The position numbers and the translations under genes were made by a program. The notes under the pieces are model-generated. The model worked only from the letters and a program-made list of their open reading frames with translations. It had not been told where the DNA came from and did not search any database. A stretch of DNA of 64,000 nucleotides from Piromyces finnis finn (Eukaryota > Fungi > Neocallimastigomycota), in assembly GCA_002104945.1 (NCBI GenBank), contig MCFH01000026.1, positions 248,001 through 312,000 of the forward strand, given 5' to 3'. This document shows positions 24,554 to 37,700 of the stretch, piece after piece (position 1 is the stretch's first letter; every line of letters starts with the position of its first letter).

Positions 24554-25070
24554 TTAAAACACAGATAGTTGAAAATTAAAATAATTAACATGTATAAAAT
24601 TATTAAATTAAAAATTATAAATGTAAACTTTTTGTCTATTTAATTGTTTATTTATTTTTAAATTAAATAGTTTATATTTGTTTATAATTATACTTTAAAA
24701 TAATAATTTTGTATAAATAGTGATAGAATTATTTTATTTTAAAAGATGTTCCTAATAATCCAGTAAAATTAGATAATAATATTAAATTTTATTAAAATAA
24801 TAGTTGTGATTATATTTACATACATTCAAGATGTATTAAACCATAACATATATATATTTAATAATACAAGAGTTATTAAATATTAAAACTTTATAATTAA
24901 ATAAAATAATTTTATATTTTAAACTAACAAAGACTTGCAAATGAACAAGTATAAAAATCATTTATTCTATTTTTATTTTCTTATTTATTTTTATTTATTA
25001 AATTTTAGATACAAATATTATCACTTTCTATATTCATTTATAGAATTAAGATAATATCCTCTTTGTATCA
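24467..25070. mobile_element. Solo LTR-like element, family B
   Basis: Reverse complement of 2495-3127 with a shorter (AAT)n tract. Confidence 0.85.
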
Positions 25071-25075
25071 AATTT

Positions 25076-26089
25076 TGATACGCTACTCACATAAAAACAT
25101 GATAAAAACTAGCTGAATAAACACGACTTAACCCATAGTAACTTATAATAAAAATAAACAATAATAACCCTTAAAGATGAATGAATAATAATTTTATGAA
25201 AATATAACCCTTTCTTTAAATGATATTCTCTTTATTATATAATAAATTCTGAATAAAAAAGACTTAATATAGATGATAATAAAATAATTTATTAAATAAA
25301 ATAAAACGACTTAATCCAATAATGTATTAAAATAATAAAATAATAATAAATAAATAAAAATGAATAAATAAACTAAAAATAAAATGTTATACATCAAATT
25401 ATTAATTCTAGTGTTTTATCCAAGTGTTCTTTAGAAATTCATTTAAACTTATAAATTAATAAATAAATAATTGAGTAATTATTACTAAAAGTGATAAACT
25501 TAAAGCCTGGGAATAGAACAACGATTTTAAGATAAAATACAGAACTCTTTTATGTTTCTGTATAAAATGTGTGCTTATAATAATTGATACTTTTAATATT
25601 TTAATTTTGTTATAATTTTATTTCAATATTATTTTAATTTTAAATTTTAATATTCAAGGTAATGATAGTTAATGTTAATTTATAATATTTTTTCTAAATT
25701 TAAGCATTTTGAAGTAATAAGAAAATCAAATAAGTAATATTCTATAATATTTTATAATACTAAGACATAATCTTAATAAATAATAACAATAGTAATAATA
25801 TTTAATAGTTAAAAATAATAATACATGTAATAAATGAAAATGTATAAAAGGAAGATAAAATTCTTCTTCATAAAAATCAGACAATAAATAGAGAATAAAA
25901 GGACAATAAATAAATAATAAATAATAAAAATATTATAAAGAGATAATTTAAAAACATAATTAAAAGAGTTTAAGAGATTTGTTTGTTAATTATAAAACGT
26001 ATTTTATTTTAAATTTATTGTTTCATCTAAATCTTAGAATTTATTATTTATTAAAAATATTATTCAAAAATATATCAGTTAACATATCA
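25076..26089 (+). mobile_element. LTR-like element, family F (copy 2)
   Basis: Diverged direct repeat of 22541-23646 with TGATA...TATCA ends. Confidence 0.8.
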
Positions 26090-26093
26090 TTTT

Positions 26094-26158
26094 TGATACG
26101 CTACTCACATAAAGACTTGATAAAAACCAATTTTAAAAATATATCTGTTAACGCATCA
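26094..26158 (+). mobile_element. 65-bp mini family-F element (both termini, interior missing)
   Basis: tgatacgctactcacataaa matches the F start and aaaaatatatctgttaacgcatca matches the F end. Confidence 0.7.
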
Positions 26159-26161
26159 TTG

Positions 26162-27122
26162 TGATGAAAAATCTTCTAATAATATAATAAAAACTGGCTA
26201 ATAATTAAATAACTTATTCATAATAATATCTAACACTAACTGTTTAAAACAAATAAATAATTTTAGTAGTTTATCAGTAACCTTTTTAAATTAAATAATA
26301 TTATCTAAGTTGAAAAAAATCTTTAGCAAAACAACAAAAATATAAAAATAAATTATTATTATTAAAAATTAATTTAATTAATAAGTAAAAACAAACTCAA
26401 AACGAAATATTAAATAAAATGACTATTAAATCATGTATTGGAACTATAATAGCAAAACTAAATAACAAAAAAATAAAATTTAGAACTTTTTAGCTTTAAT
26501 AAAACTAATAAATAATTGAGTGATAAAATCTAAAAGTGACTAATTTTAAAATCTATATAAATATAGTAATAAAAATGAGGGGATGAAATAAAAAACTTTC
26601 CTATATTTCTAAATAAAATATGTATTAAAATTTTAATTTTAAATTTTATTATAATTACTTTATATACATTTAGAGAGAGTTTTTACAATAATTTTAAATT
26701 TTATCATTTTAAAGTAAGAAAATTAAATATATAATACTAAAACATATTTTTAATTTAAATGAATTATAATAATTAGGAAGTATAATACTATAAAAGGGGG
26801 ATGATAATTTATTTTCTTTTTTTTTTAATTAAAAAGGAATAATAAAGGCAATAAAAAAGGAAAATAATAGTTAAGTTTATTATTGAGAGTAATATTTACT
26901 AATTTCAAAATAGTATTGTTTTAATTTGCTTAATTAAAAAAATTACATTATTTTGAAGTATATTGGTTAACACAACATTTTTGATATGTAACAAACAGAA
27001 AACACTACTTCTGGTGTAAATTCTAGGTTAATTATGAGAATATTAAATGAAATATCTAATCTTATTTAATCGTACTAAATAATTTCAACATTCATATTTA
27101 AAATATTCAAAAGAGTTAATCA
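26162..27122 (+). mobile_element. Degenerate LTR-element remnant at the distal end of the Ala stack
   Basis: TGATG start 3 bp after mini-F, and a PPT-like aaaaggggga directly followed by TGATA at 26802. Right boundary uncertain. Confidence 0.35.
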
Positions 27123-27599
27123 CAAAAAAAAAAAAACTGTTCTTAATTAAAAATAAAAAAACATAAAATTAGCTCTTCTAATATAGCTTCTAAAATAGTT
27201 TTATTGGAAAGTTCTTAAAAAAAATTAGCATTTTTTTCAATTATTAGTTTTCTAAATAGTTATATAAAGTTGAAGGTCATTTAATTGAAACTCCATTCAT
27301 TATTATTTTGACCATGAACTGAGATTATTGGTAAAAATTCAATATAATTCATATTAATTAGGTCCAAAGAAACGAAAATTATGCCGTGAGGTAGGTACAG
27401 TATTGTTGTTCATTTTTTGAAGGGAACTTCTTATGAATATATAGATATTATAGTAAAAGATAAAGAAAATAAATAAAAAAATATAGTCCCTACCTGATAA
27501 ATTAAATGAAATAAAAAAGAAAAGTAACATCAGGAATGATAGTATGTTGTCCACTAAACTCTTCCATGAGCTCAAAATGTTTTCATTTGAAGAAATACT

Positions 27600-28979
27600 A
27601 ACATTAAACCTTGTGTACGGAACATTAGGAATGTTCCTTTGCCATATCGGCGCTTTTAATTATATTAGGTGTCTTACTAAATCTATCAAAAAGTAGCTTC
27701 ATTGAGCTACTAATGATAGGAATTGTTTTAGTAAGAAAATCTGCAAGACCCTCTACATATGGAGCATGAGACCCTGATGAACTGTAAAGCTATTCATTCA
27801 AATGTCTTTGTTTCGCCTTATTGATTTGTAGCTCATCATAAGCTAAAGTTCCACCAAGAAGGAACGTAAAAATATAGTTATAAATTGTTTTTCTTATTTC
27901 CACTTCAGGAAGTAAGTAAGTGATGAATTGATTATTATATTTATTTTGAAAAAGGGTAAAAAGATCTCCAAGAAAGCTAAGTGAAGAAGTTCTGTATTCA
28001 GAGAATACAGAACATTCTAAAATCCAATGATGAAAAGATTGTTCATTATATCCACAACATAAACAGACACGAGGGCAGTCGGGAGTAATTCTATTACTGG
28101 CAATAGCAATTCGGGTAGTGTTTTCATAACCATAATGAATACGAATAATCCAAGTAATTCCTAAATTTAAGTAAGGTTTGTTGAGACCGATATGCATTAG
28201 GCGATTTGAATTAAGGAATTTGTTGTTAGTATATCTAAGGGCTTTACTTCCATTATTCAGATTACTATTATTCCAATTATATTCTCTAATATCTTTAGTA
28301 CTTTTAATATTAATTTTCATAAGTTTCTTATGTAGTGAACAAGATTCTTTCACCCAAGAGTAATGAGATATAGGAGGAATAGATCAAACAAGATCTTTAA
28401 TAATACAGTTTGATTTTCTCCATTTAACAAAGCATTTCACATGTTGCGCAGCACAAATACCTGAAAGTATTGGAATCTTCAAATTCCTTGCAAGAGCATA
28501 TAGGCTAATAAATGAATTTCATTCAAAAACAAAATCATTGTTATTTAGACTTTATTTCGAAAGCTATTAACACTCCATAAAACAGTAGTATTGATAAGAG
28601 ATTGGACTCTTCTAGTTCTATTTTTGTTGGAACCAAGCAAAGGAGCATAATAATAGACTTTGCTTAAAATATAAGAATGAATTACTATGTTTTTTAAGCC
28701 AATAGGAACACAATTGTTGGTGAGGAAGTTCTTAAAAGAGAATAAAGATTTCTGAACTTTTTTGTACATATTAGACAGAATAGGAGTCAAAGAAAGATTT
28801 TTGTCGAATGGGATTCCAAGATAAGTATAGCAAGAAACCTTTGGAATCAAGTACATACCGATGTAAAATGTTGGGTCGACATAACTAGGGGATCTATTAA
28901 AGTTGATAGGTTTAACAACAATAGTTGCACATTTATTTATTCCAAAAGACATTTCATTTAAATTAGCCCAATCAAGGAC
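27600..28979 (-). pseudogene. 5'-truncated, decayed LINE of a second family (RT C-terminus + CCHC)
   Basis: DWANLNEMSFGINKC, YTYLGIPF and CLCCGYNEQSFHHWILEC are collinear with, but diverged from, the main LINE. Frameshifts and a premature stop. 3' end not resolved. Confidence 0.85.
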
Positions 28980-31900
28980 TTTTTTTTTTTTTTTTTTTTT
29001 TTTTAACGGCATCAAATATTATAAACTTTATTATTAATTTAATTAAAATTATAATACATGTAATAAAAAATTAAAAAATAAAAATAAAAATAAAAAAAAT
29101 ATGTTTAAATAAACACAAATGAATAAAAATTGGGTATAATGTATTCTAGTAATTTTAATTAAAGTAAGAAAGCCACTATCATACTAAAGTATAATAATTG
29201 TATTTGACTTCCAATGGGACACCGAGCCAAAGATCAAAATTTTGTCATGGAACAAAATTATGATCTCCATTGGTTGCGCTGGCCCTCCTGGCCTGTCTTA
29301 CTGTTTCTTCAGCATTGACGCTCTTGGATGTTGCTTCAAACCTTTTGAACATTGACCATTGCTGGCCAATAGCAAAAGGCATGATTTTGGTTAGAAGTTC
29401 CGCGGTTACCGTCAAGAATGGTGTTCCTTCGTTAGTATCAGATTGAATCTGACGCTTACAAAGTTCTTTCCATTCCCTTGAATTGTAATTAATATTGTTA
29501 AAACTTCTTCCCCCAAGAAGGAATTTAAATATTTTACTGCACACACTAGAATAATCATACACATTAATATTCACCGGATTATTAGAACTATTACTATCAT
29601 TAACTAAATTACTATCTAATTTAGAATTATTATCTTCACTATTGCTATCATTACTAGTATTATTATTTCTATTATTGTTATTATTACTATTGTTATTATT
29701 ACTATTTCTATTATTACTATTGTTACTATTACTATTGTTACTATTACTATTGTAATTATTATTACTACTATTGTTACTATTACTATTAATGTTATTGCTA
29801 TCTCTACTGATATTAACATTTTCATTATTATTGATAGGACTATTGGAATTACGTTGACTGAAAAAATTTAGTAGCTGGACTATGGAAACATAATATTTAA
29901 TACGGATATCTCTAAATGTTGGACAATCTAATAACCAATGTTTAATACTTTGATCTCCACACTTGCAACATGGACAGTAGTTAGGACAAACTGGATCAAC
30001 AAATTTAGCAGCTTTGGCAACTCTAGCATCCAACTTGTATCCGCTTCTTGCTTTCAATAGCCAGTAGAAGCCATAGGCAAACTCTGGGTACTCATAACAT
30101 AATTTAATAAAATCTTTAGTTTCAATAAATTTATTATCATCATAATATTGCGCTTTGATTGAATTCCCTTTGAGATCTTTCCAATAAAAGTTTTTAACTG
30201 CTTTAACATCTCCATGTTTCTTTAGTTTTTTATCAAGTGTCCTACTTGATTTGCACCACGTGTATTTTCTAAATTTAGGAATGTAATTGACAAGGTGTGA
30301 GATAATACAATTTGAGTTTTTCCATTTGTTAAAACATCTAACCTGAGCTAACGCACATTTGGCTGACAATGGAGGAATATTCAAATCTTTTGAAATAGAG
30401 TATAAAGAAATAAACGATACAGCTTTATGAACTCCGGCAACCCATCGTATTCCTTTGTTAACATGCTTCTGAGCAATTCTAGACCTGGCTTTGTTGGATC
30501 CAAGTAATGGTGCAAAGTATGAAACTCTGCTAATCACTTGTGAGTTAAGTACTAGCTTTTTGAAGGGAATAGGAATATTAGGATTTCTTAAGAATTTACT
30601 GACTGAAAAAAGTCCTTTCAAAACCTTGTTATTAAGAGCTTTAATAACTGGTTTAAGGGACAGATTCTTATCAAATGGAACACCAAGATAAGTATAGCAA
30701 TCAGTAGTTGGAATGGGTTGTCCTGCTAAGTAAAATGTTGGATCTCTCTTGTTCTGATTTTCTATTGATTCAGGACGAATCACCATCGTTGAACATTTCT
30801 GGATACCAAATTCCATTTCATTATACAATGCTCATTCATTAACTCTTCTAAGCATCTTTTTTAAGCATCCTCTTGTTGGAGCACAAATAACTATATCATC
30901 TGCAAAAAGTCCACCACAGCATCGAGTGTCACCTAAACTGACTCCAAGATCTTCGCACTCTTTAAATATATCATTAATAAAGAGATTAAAGAGAATAGGA
31001 GAAAGAGGGCATCCTTGACGGACTCCTTTCTTCACATCAAAAGATTTCGAGAATTGTCCATCTAATTTGACATTAGCCTTAGATGTTAAATATAAATTTT
31101 TGATGAATTGTAAACTCTTACCTCGGATTCCTAAACAATTTAATTTATGGAGAATATTACCGATTGGGACTGAATCGTATGCTTTCCTGAGATCTAAAAA
31201 GGCCAAATATGTCTCTTTATTATCTAATTGACGTCTACGGCATATTTCTTGGATTGAAATGAAAAGACTAATACTTTCTTCTTTTTTCGAAAACCAAATT
31301 GTTCAGGTCTAATGAAATTATTCTTTAGACCATATTCTGAGATTCTAGTTGTGACAATTTTGGAAATCAACTTAATACCATTATTGATAAGTGATATACC
31401 TCGATAGTTATCACAATCTGTCAAATCTCCCTTCTTAGGAATAGAAACAATACTGGATTCATTCCATGAGTTGGGGAAGTCTCCATCCCAAATACGGTTG
31501 AATAATTTAAGAATAAAATTTAAACCATGAGCATCATTATCTGAAGTAGTATTACCAGAAGAATTATTATCTGTAGCATTATTAGAATCATTACTTGATG
31601 GAATTAATGCTTTGTAAAATTCAATTGGAATACCATCCGGACCTGATGCTTTATAATTTGGAGTAGTGAGGATAGCTGACTTGACTTCATCAATACTAAT
31701 ATCTTGGTTGATATCCCACTCATCAAGCATAGGAAGTGAAAAACGTTTATTCATTGGTTCTTCATACCAATGCTCCAAACCAAGACTTACACCACTTGGA
31801 TCTGATGCAAGGTTTTCGAAATGATCTGGAATATTTTCATGATGGGAAACTTGTTGAAGATCTTGTTGAAGATCTTGTTGAAGATCGGATTGTTGATGAG

Positions 31901-33084
31901 ATTGTTGAACTGATTGTTGAAATGATTGTTGAATAGAATGTTGATGTTTATTAGAAACTAAAATTTTACGTTTGAGAGTGGAAAAAGTGTATTTGTGATT
32001 CCTTCTACTACGAGCTGAAAAGGAAATTGAGGTAACTGAAAGTTTCTTCTTTAACATGTGTAAGATTTTAATACAATCTTTCGATGAACCATGAACCTTG
32101 ACTAAGAAAAAGTGATCATTGAAAGTCTGAAAATATTTAACACTAATAACTGAATTAAATTTATCTTCTAGAATAACCTCGAGTTTTTCCCATAGCATAT
32201 TTACTGACCATGATCGAATACCACGGATAAAGAAGGAGCGAATATCATCTAAGGGGATACCATAAGACCGGGTACCACGTCTGATATAATTCTTGTCTTT
32301 AATATAAAGGACTGACATGATAATAAATTCTAATTAAAAAATATTGAATATAAAATAAATACTAATAAAAATTACAAATATAACGTATATGGAAAAAAAT
32401 CTGTCTCTCTCTCTCTTCTTAAAAGTACTGGATAGTACAAAAATTGTTACGATGCTTTGTTTAAAGTTTCTTTTTTTTGAATTCTAGTTGTAAATTTTCT
32501 TTAAAAATTCTAGTTTTGGTTTGTTGTTAGTAAATTCGATTCGCTTTTTGACACTAAAATTGTTTGACTTTACTTTTCATTAAATATTTAAATTGGTAAA
32601 AAATTTGAATCAAGAATGTTGACACCAGAAAGCTTGTGAATAGTATTTTTACATGATGTAGAGTGAATCAGTCTCTTACAAGAAACAATACAACAATAGC
32701 TACATGAATATAAAAATACAATGCAAATGCTAGAGTTGACTACATTGGATTCTTACAAGAGAAGAGTAGTACTACATGAATACATGAATAAAAGAAAAAA
32801 ATACAGCAACAAAATGTATTACTCTTCTAATTAAATACTATACAAACTTACCTGAGTATCAAACATTCAACTTATTCATCAAATACTTAAATTCGATGAA
32901 TAAAATGTTTTTTAATCGCTCAGTACCATGAGCTTAGTCCTAATAATTTTCCCTTAAAGACTAACCAAGCATCCATTGCGCAATACTTGGATTTAATTCT
33001 TTCTACTCTCTCAGTACCATGAGCATGAGTAGACCCCCTTGAGAAACTACATTTATTAAATAAATGAAGGGACGTTCCCAAGAG

Positions 33085-33086
<2 letters not shown>
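28980..33086 (-). mobile_element. LINE unit 1: both ends present, endonuclease deleted in-frame, two frameshifts
   Basis: Poly(A) at 28980-29004, ORF pieces 31224-32318, 30832-31206 and 29245-30828, fusion ENIPD|HFENL, one 5' module. Confidence 0.92.
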
Positions 33087-33123
<37 letters not shown>

Positions 33124-34439
33124 GGCATCAAATATTTTAAACTTTATTATTAATTTAATTAAAATTATAATACATGTAATATAAAAATTAAAATAAAATA
33201 AAAATAAAAAAAAATATGTTTAAATAACACAAATGAATAAAAATTGGGTATAATGTATTCTAGTAATTTTAATTAAAGTAAGAAAGCCACTATCATACTA
33301 AAGTATAATAATTGTATTTGACTTCCAATGGGACACCGAGCCAAAGATCAAAATTTTGTCATGGAACAAAATTATGATCTCCATTGGTTGCGCTGGCCCT
33401 CCTGGCCTGTCTTACTGTTTCTTCAGCATTGACGCTCTTGGATGTTGCTTCAAACCTTTTGAACATTGTCCATTGCTGGCCAATAGCAAAAGGCATGATT
33501 TTGGTTAGAAGTTCCGCGGTTACCGTCAAGAATGGTGTTCCTTCGTTAGTATCAGATTGAATCTGACGCTTACAAAGTTCTTTCCATTCCCTTGAATTGT
33601 AATTAATATTGTTAAAACTTCTTCCCCCAAGAAGGAATTTAAATATTTTACTGCACACACTAGAATAATCATACACATTAATATTCACCGGATTATTAGA
33701 ACTATTACTATCATTAACTAAATTACTATCTAATTTAGAATTATTATCTTCACTATTGTTATCATTACTAATATTATTATTTCTATTACTACTATTGTTA
33801 TTATTACTATTGTTACTATTACTATTGTTATTACTACTATTGTTACTATTACTATTAATGTTATTACTATCTCTACTGATATTAACATTTTCATTATTAT
33901 TGATAGGACTATTGGAATTACGTTGACTGAAAAAATTTAGTAGCTGGACTATGGAAACATAATATTTAATACGGATATCTCTAAATGTTGGACAATCTAA
34001 TAACCAATGTTTAATACTTTGATCTCCACACTTGCAACATGGACAGTAGTTAGGACAAACTGGATCAACAAATTTAGCAGCTTTGGCAACTCTAGCATCC
34101 AACTTGTATCCGCTTCTTGCTTTCAATAGCCAGTAGAAGCCATAGGCAAACTCTGGGTATTCATAACATAATTTAATAAAATCTTTAGTTTCAATAAATT
34201 TATTATCATCATAATATTGCGCTTTGATTGAATTCCCTTTGAGATCTTTCCAATAAAAGTTTTTTAATGCTTTAACATCTCCATGTTTCTTTAGTTTTTT
34301 ATCAAGTGTCCTACTTGATTTGCACCACGTGTATTTTCTAAATTTAGGAATGTAATTGACAAGGTGTGAGATAATACAATTTGAGTTTTTCCATTTGTTA
34401 AAACATCTAACCTGAGCTAATGCACATTTGGCTGACAAT

Positions 34440-34442
<3 letters not shown>
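33087..34442 (-). mobile_element. LINE unit 2: 5'-truncated (~1.35 kb)
   Basis: Poly(A), 3' UTR and the last ~360 codons, abutting the next poly(A). Confidence 0.93.
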
Positions 34443-34474
<32 letters not shown>

Positions 34475-34711
34475 GGCATCAAATATTTTAAACTTTATTA
34501 TTAATTTAATTAAAATTATAATACATGTAATAAAAAATTAAAAAATAAAAATAAAAATAAAAAAAATATGTTTAAATAAACACAAATGAATAAAATTTGG
34601 GTATAATGTATTCTAGTAATTTTAATTAAAGTAAGAAAGCCACTATCATACTAAAGTATAATAATTGTATTTGACTTCCAATGGGACACCGAGCCAAAGA
34701 TCAAAATTTTG

Positions 34712-37700
34712 TCATGGAATAAAATTATGATCTCCATTGGTTGCGCTGGCCCTCCTGGCCTGTCTTACTGTTTCTTCAGCATTGACGCTCTTGGATGTTG
34801 CTTCAAACCTTTTGAACATTGACCATTGCTGGCCAATAGCAAAAGGCATGATTTTGGTTAGAAGTTCCGCGGTTACCGTCAAGAATGGTGTTCCTTCGTT
34901 AGTATCAGATTGAATCTGACGCTTACAAAGTTCTTTCCATTCCCTTGAATTGTAATTAATATTGTTAAAACTTCTTCCCCCAAGAAGGAATTTAAATATT
35001 TTACTGCACACACTAGAATAATCATACACATTAATATTCACCGGATTATTAGAACTATTACTATCATTAACTAAATTACTATCTAAATTAGAATTATTAT
35101 CTTCACTATTGTTATCATTACTAATATTATTATTTCTATTATTGTTATTATTACTATTGTTACTATTACTATTGTTACTATTACTATTGTTATTACTACT
35201 ATTGTTACTATTACTATTAATGTTATTACTATCTCTACTGATATTATCAATTTCATTATTATTGATAGGACTATTGGAATTACGTTGACTGAAAAAATTT
35301 AATAGCTGGACTATAGAATCATAATGTTTAATACGGATATCTCTAAATGTTGGACAATCTAATAACCAATGTTTAATACTTTGATCTCCACACTTGCAAC
35401 ATGGACAGTAGTTAGGACAAACTGGATCAACAAATTTTGCAGCTTTGGCAACTCTAGCATCCAACTTGTATCTGCTTCTTGCTTTCAATAGCCAGTAGAA
35501 GCCATAGGCAAACTTTGGGTACTCATAACATAATTTAATAAAATCTTTAGTTTCAATAAATTTATTATCATCATAATATTGCGCTTTGATTGAATTCCCT
35601 TTGAGATCTTTCCAATAAAAGTTTTTAACTGCTTTAACATCTCCATGTTTCTTTAATTTTTTATCATGTGTCCTACTTGATTTGCACCACGTGTATTTTC
35701 TAAATTTAGGAATGTAATTGACAAGGTGTGAGATAATACAATTTGAGTTTTTCCATTTGTTAAAACATCTAACCTGAGCTAACGCACATTTGGCTGACAA
35801 TGGAGGAATATTCAAATCTTTTGAAATAGAGTATAAAGATATAAACGATACAGCTTTATGAACTCCGGCAACCCATCGTATTCCTTTGTTAACATGCTTC
35901 TGAGCAATCCTAGACCTAGCTTTGTTGGATCCAAGTAATGGTGAAAAGTATGAAACTCTGCTAATCACTTGAGAGTTAAGTACTAGTTTTTTGAAAGGAA
36001 TAGGAATATTAGGATTTCTTAAGAATTTACTGACTGAGAAAAGCCCTTTCAAAACCTTGTTATTAAGAGCTTTAATTACTGGTTTAAGGGACAGATTCTT
36101 ATCAAATGGAACACCAAGATAAGTATAGCAATCAGTAGTTGGAATGGGTTGTCCTGCTAAGTAAAATGTTGGATCTCTCTTGTTCTGATTTTCTATTGAT
36201 TCAGGACGAATCACCATCGTTGAACATTTCTGGATACCAAATTCCATTTCATTATACAATGCCCATTCATTAACTCTTCTAAGCATCTTTTTTAAGCATC
36301 CTCTTGTTGGAGCACAAATAACTATATCATCTGCAAAAAGTCCACCACAGCATCGAGTGTCACCTAAACTGACTCCAAGATCTTCGCACTCTTTAAATAT
36401 ATCATTAATAAAGAGATTAAAAAGAATAGGAGAAAGAGGGCATCCTTGACGGACTCCTTTCTTCACATCAAAAGATTTCGAGAATTGTCCATCTAATTTG
36501 ACATTAGCCTTAGATGTTAAATATAAATTTTTGATAAATTGTAGACTCTTACCTCGGATTCCTAAACAATCTAATTTATGGAGAATATTATCGATTGGGA
36601 CTGAATCGTATGCTTTCCTGAGATCTAAAAAGGCCAAATATGTCTCTTTATTATCTAATTGACGTCTACGGCATATTTCTTGGATTGAAATGAAAAGACT
36701 AATACTTTCTTCCTTTTTTCGAAAACCAAATTGTTCAGGTCTAATGAAATTATTCTTTAAACCATATTCTGAGATTCTAGTGGTGACAATTTTGGAAATC
36801 AACTTAATACCATTATTGATAAGTGATATACCTCGATAGTTATCACAATCTGTCAAATCTCCCTTCTTAGGAATAGAAACAATACTGGATTCATTCCATG
36901 AGTTGGGGAAGTCTCCATCCCAAATACGGTTGAATAATTTAAGAATAAAATTTAAACCATGAGCATCATTATCTGAAGTAGTATTACCAGAAGAATTATT
37001 ATCTGTAGCATTATTAGAATCATTACTTGATGGAACTAATGCTTTGTAAAATTCAATTGGAATACCATCCGGACCTGATGCTTTATAATTTGGAGTAGAG
37101 AGGATAGCTGACTTGACTTCATCAATACTAATATCTTGGTTGATATCCCACTCATCAAGCATAGGAAGTGAAAAACGTTTATTCATTGGTTCTTCATACC
37201 AATGTTCCAAATCAAGACTTACACCACTTGGATCTGATGCAAGATTTTCGAAATGATCATGCCACACATCTAGTTCTTCCGTAGCAACAACTAATTCTCC
37301 ATTTTTATTTTTAATTGGTTGAGCAATAAAGAAAGAATCTTTTCCAATTTTTGCAGTTTTCTTGATCCATTTCCAGGCCTTCTTAGGATTATGACTCTTC
37401 ATATACTCACATCCTGTTTTAATCCAATGAAGATATTCTTGCTTCCTAAATTCATTACATCTTTTGTGGATGTAATCAATGAGTTTACGGTAGATTTTAA
37501 TTCTTTTAATAAATTCATCTATATCATAAATTCTTTCTTTTTTAAATCTCTTATACAACTTCATTTTGATTTTTTGAAGATTAAAAATTTGTTGTGAAAT
37601 ATGAAATGAAGACTTTATAACATTATTTGCTGAAGTAATACTGAGCTCGTCTGCAATTGAAAAAGCAGTTGAAGTAAACTCTTTGGAAAGTTCATCTGTA

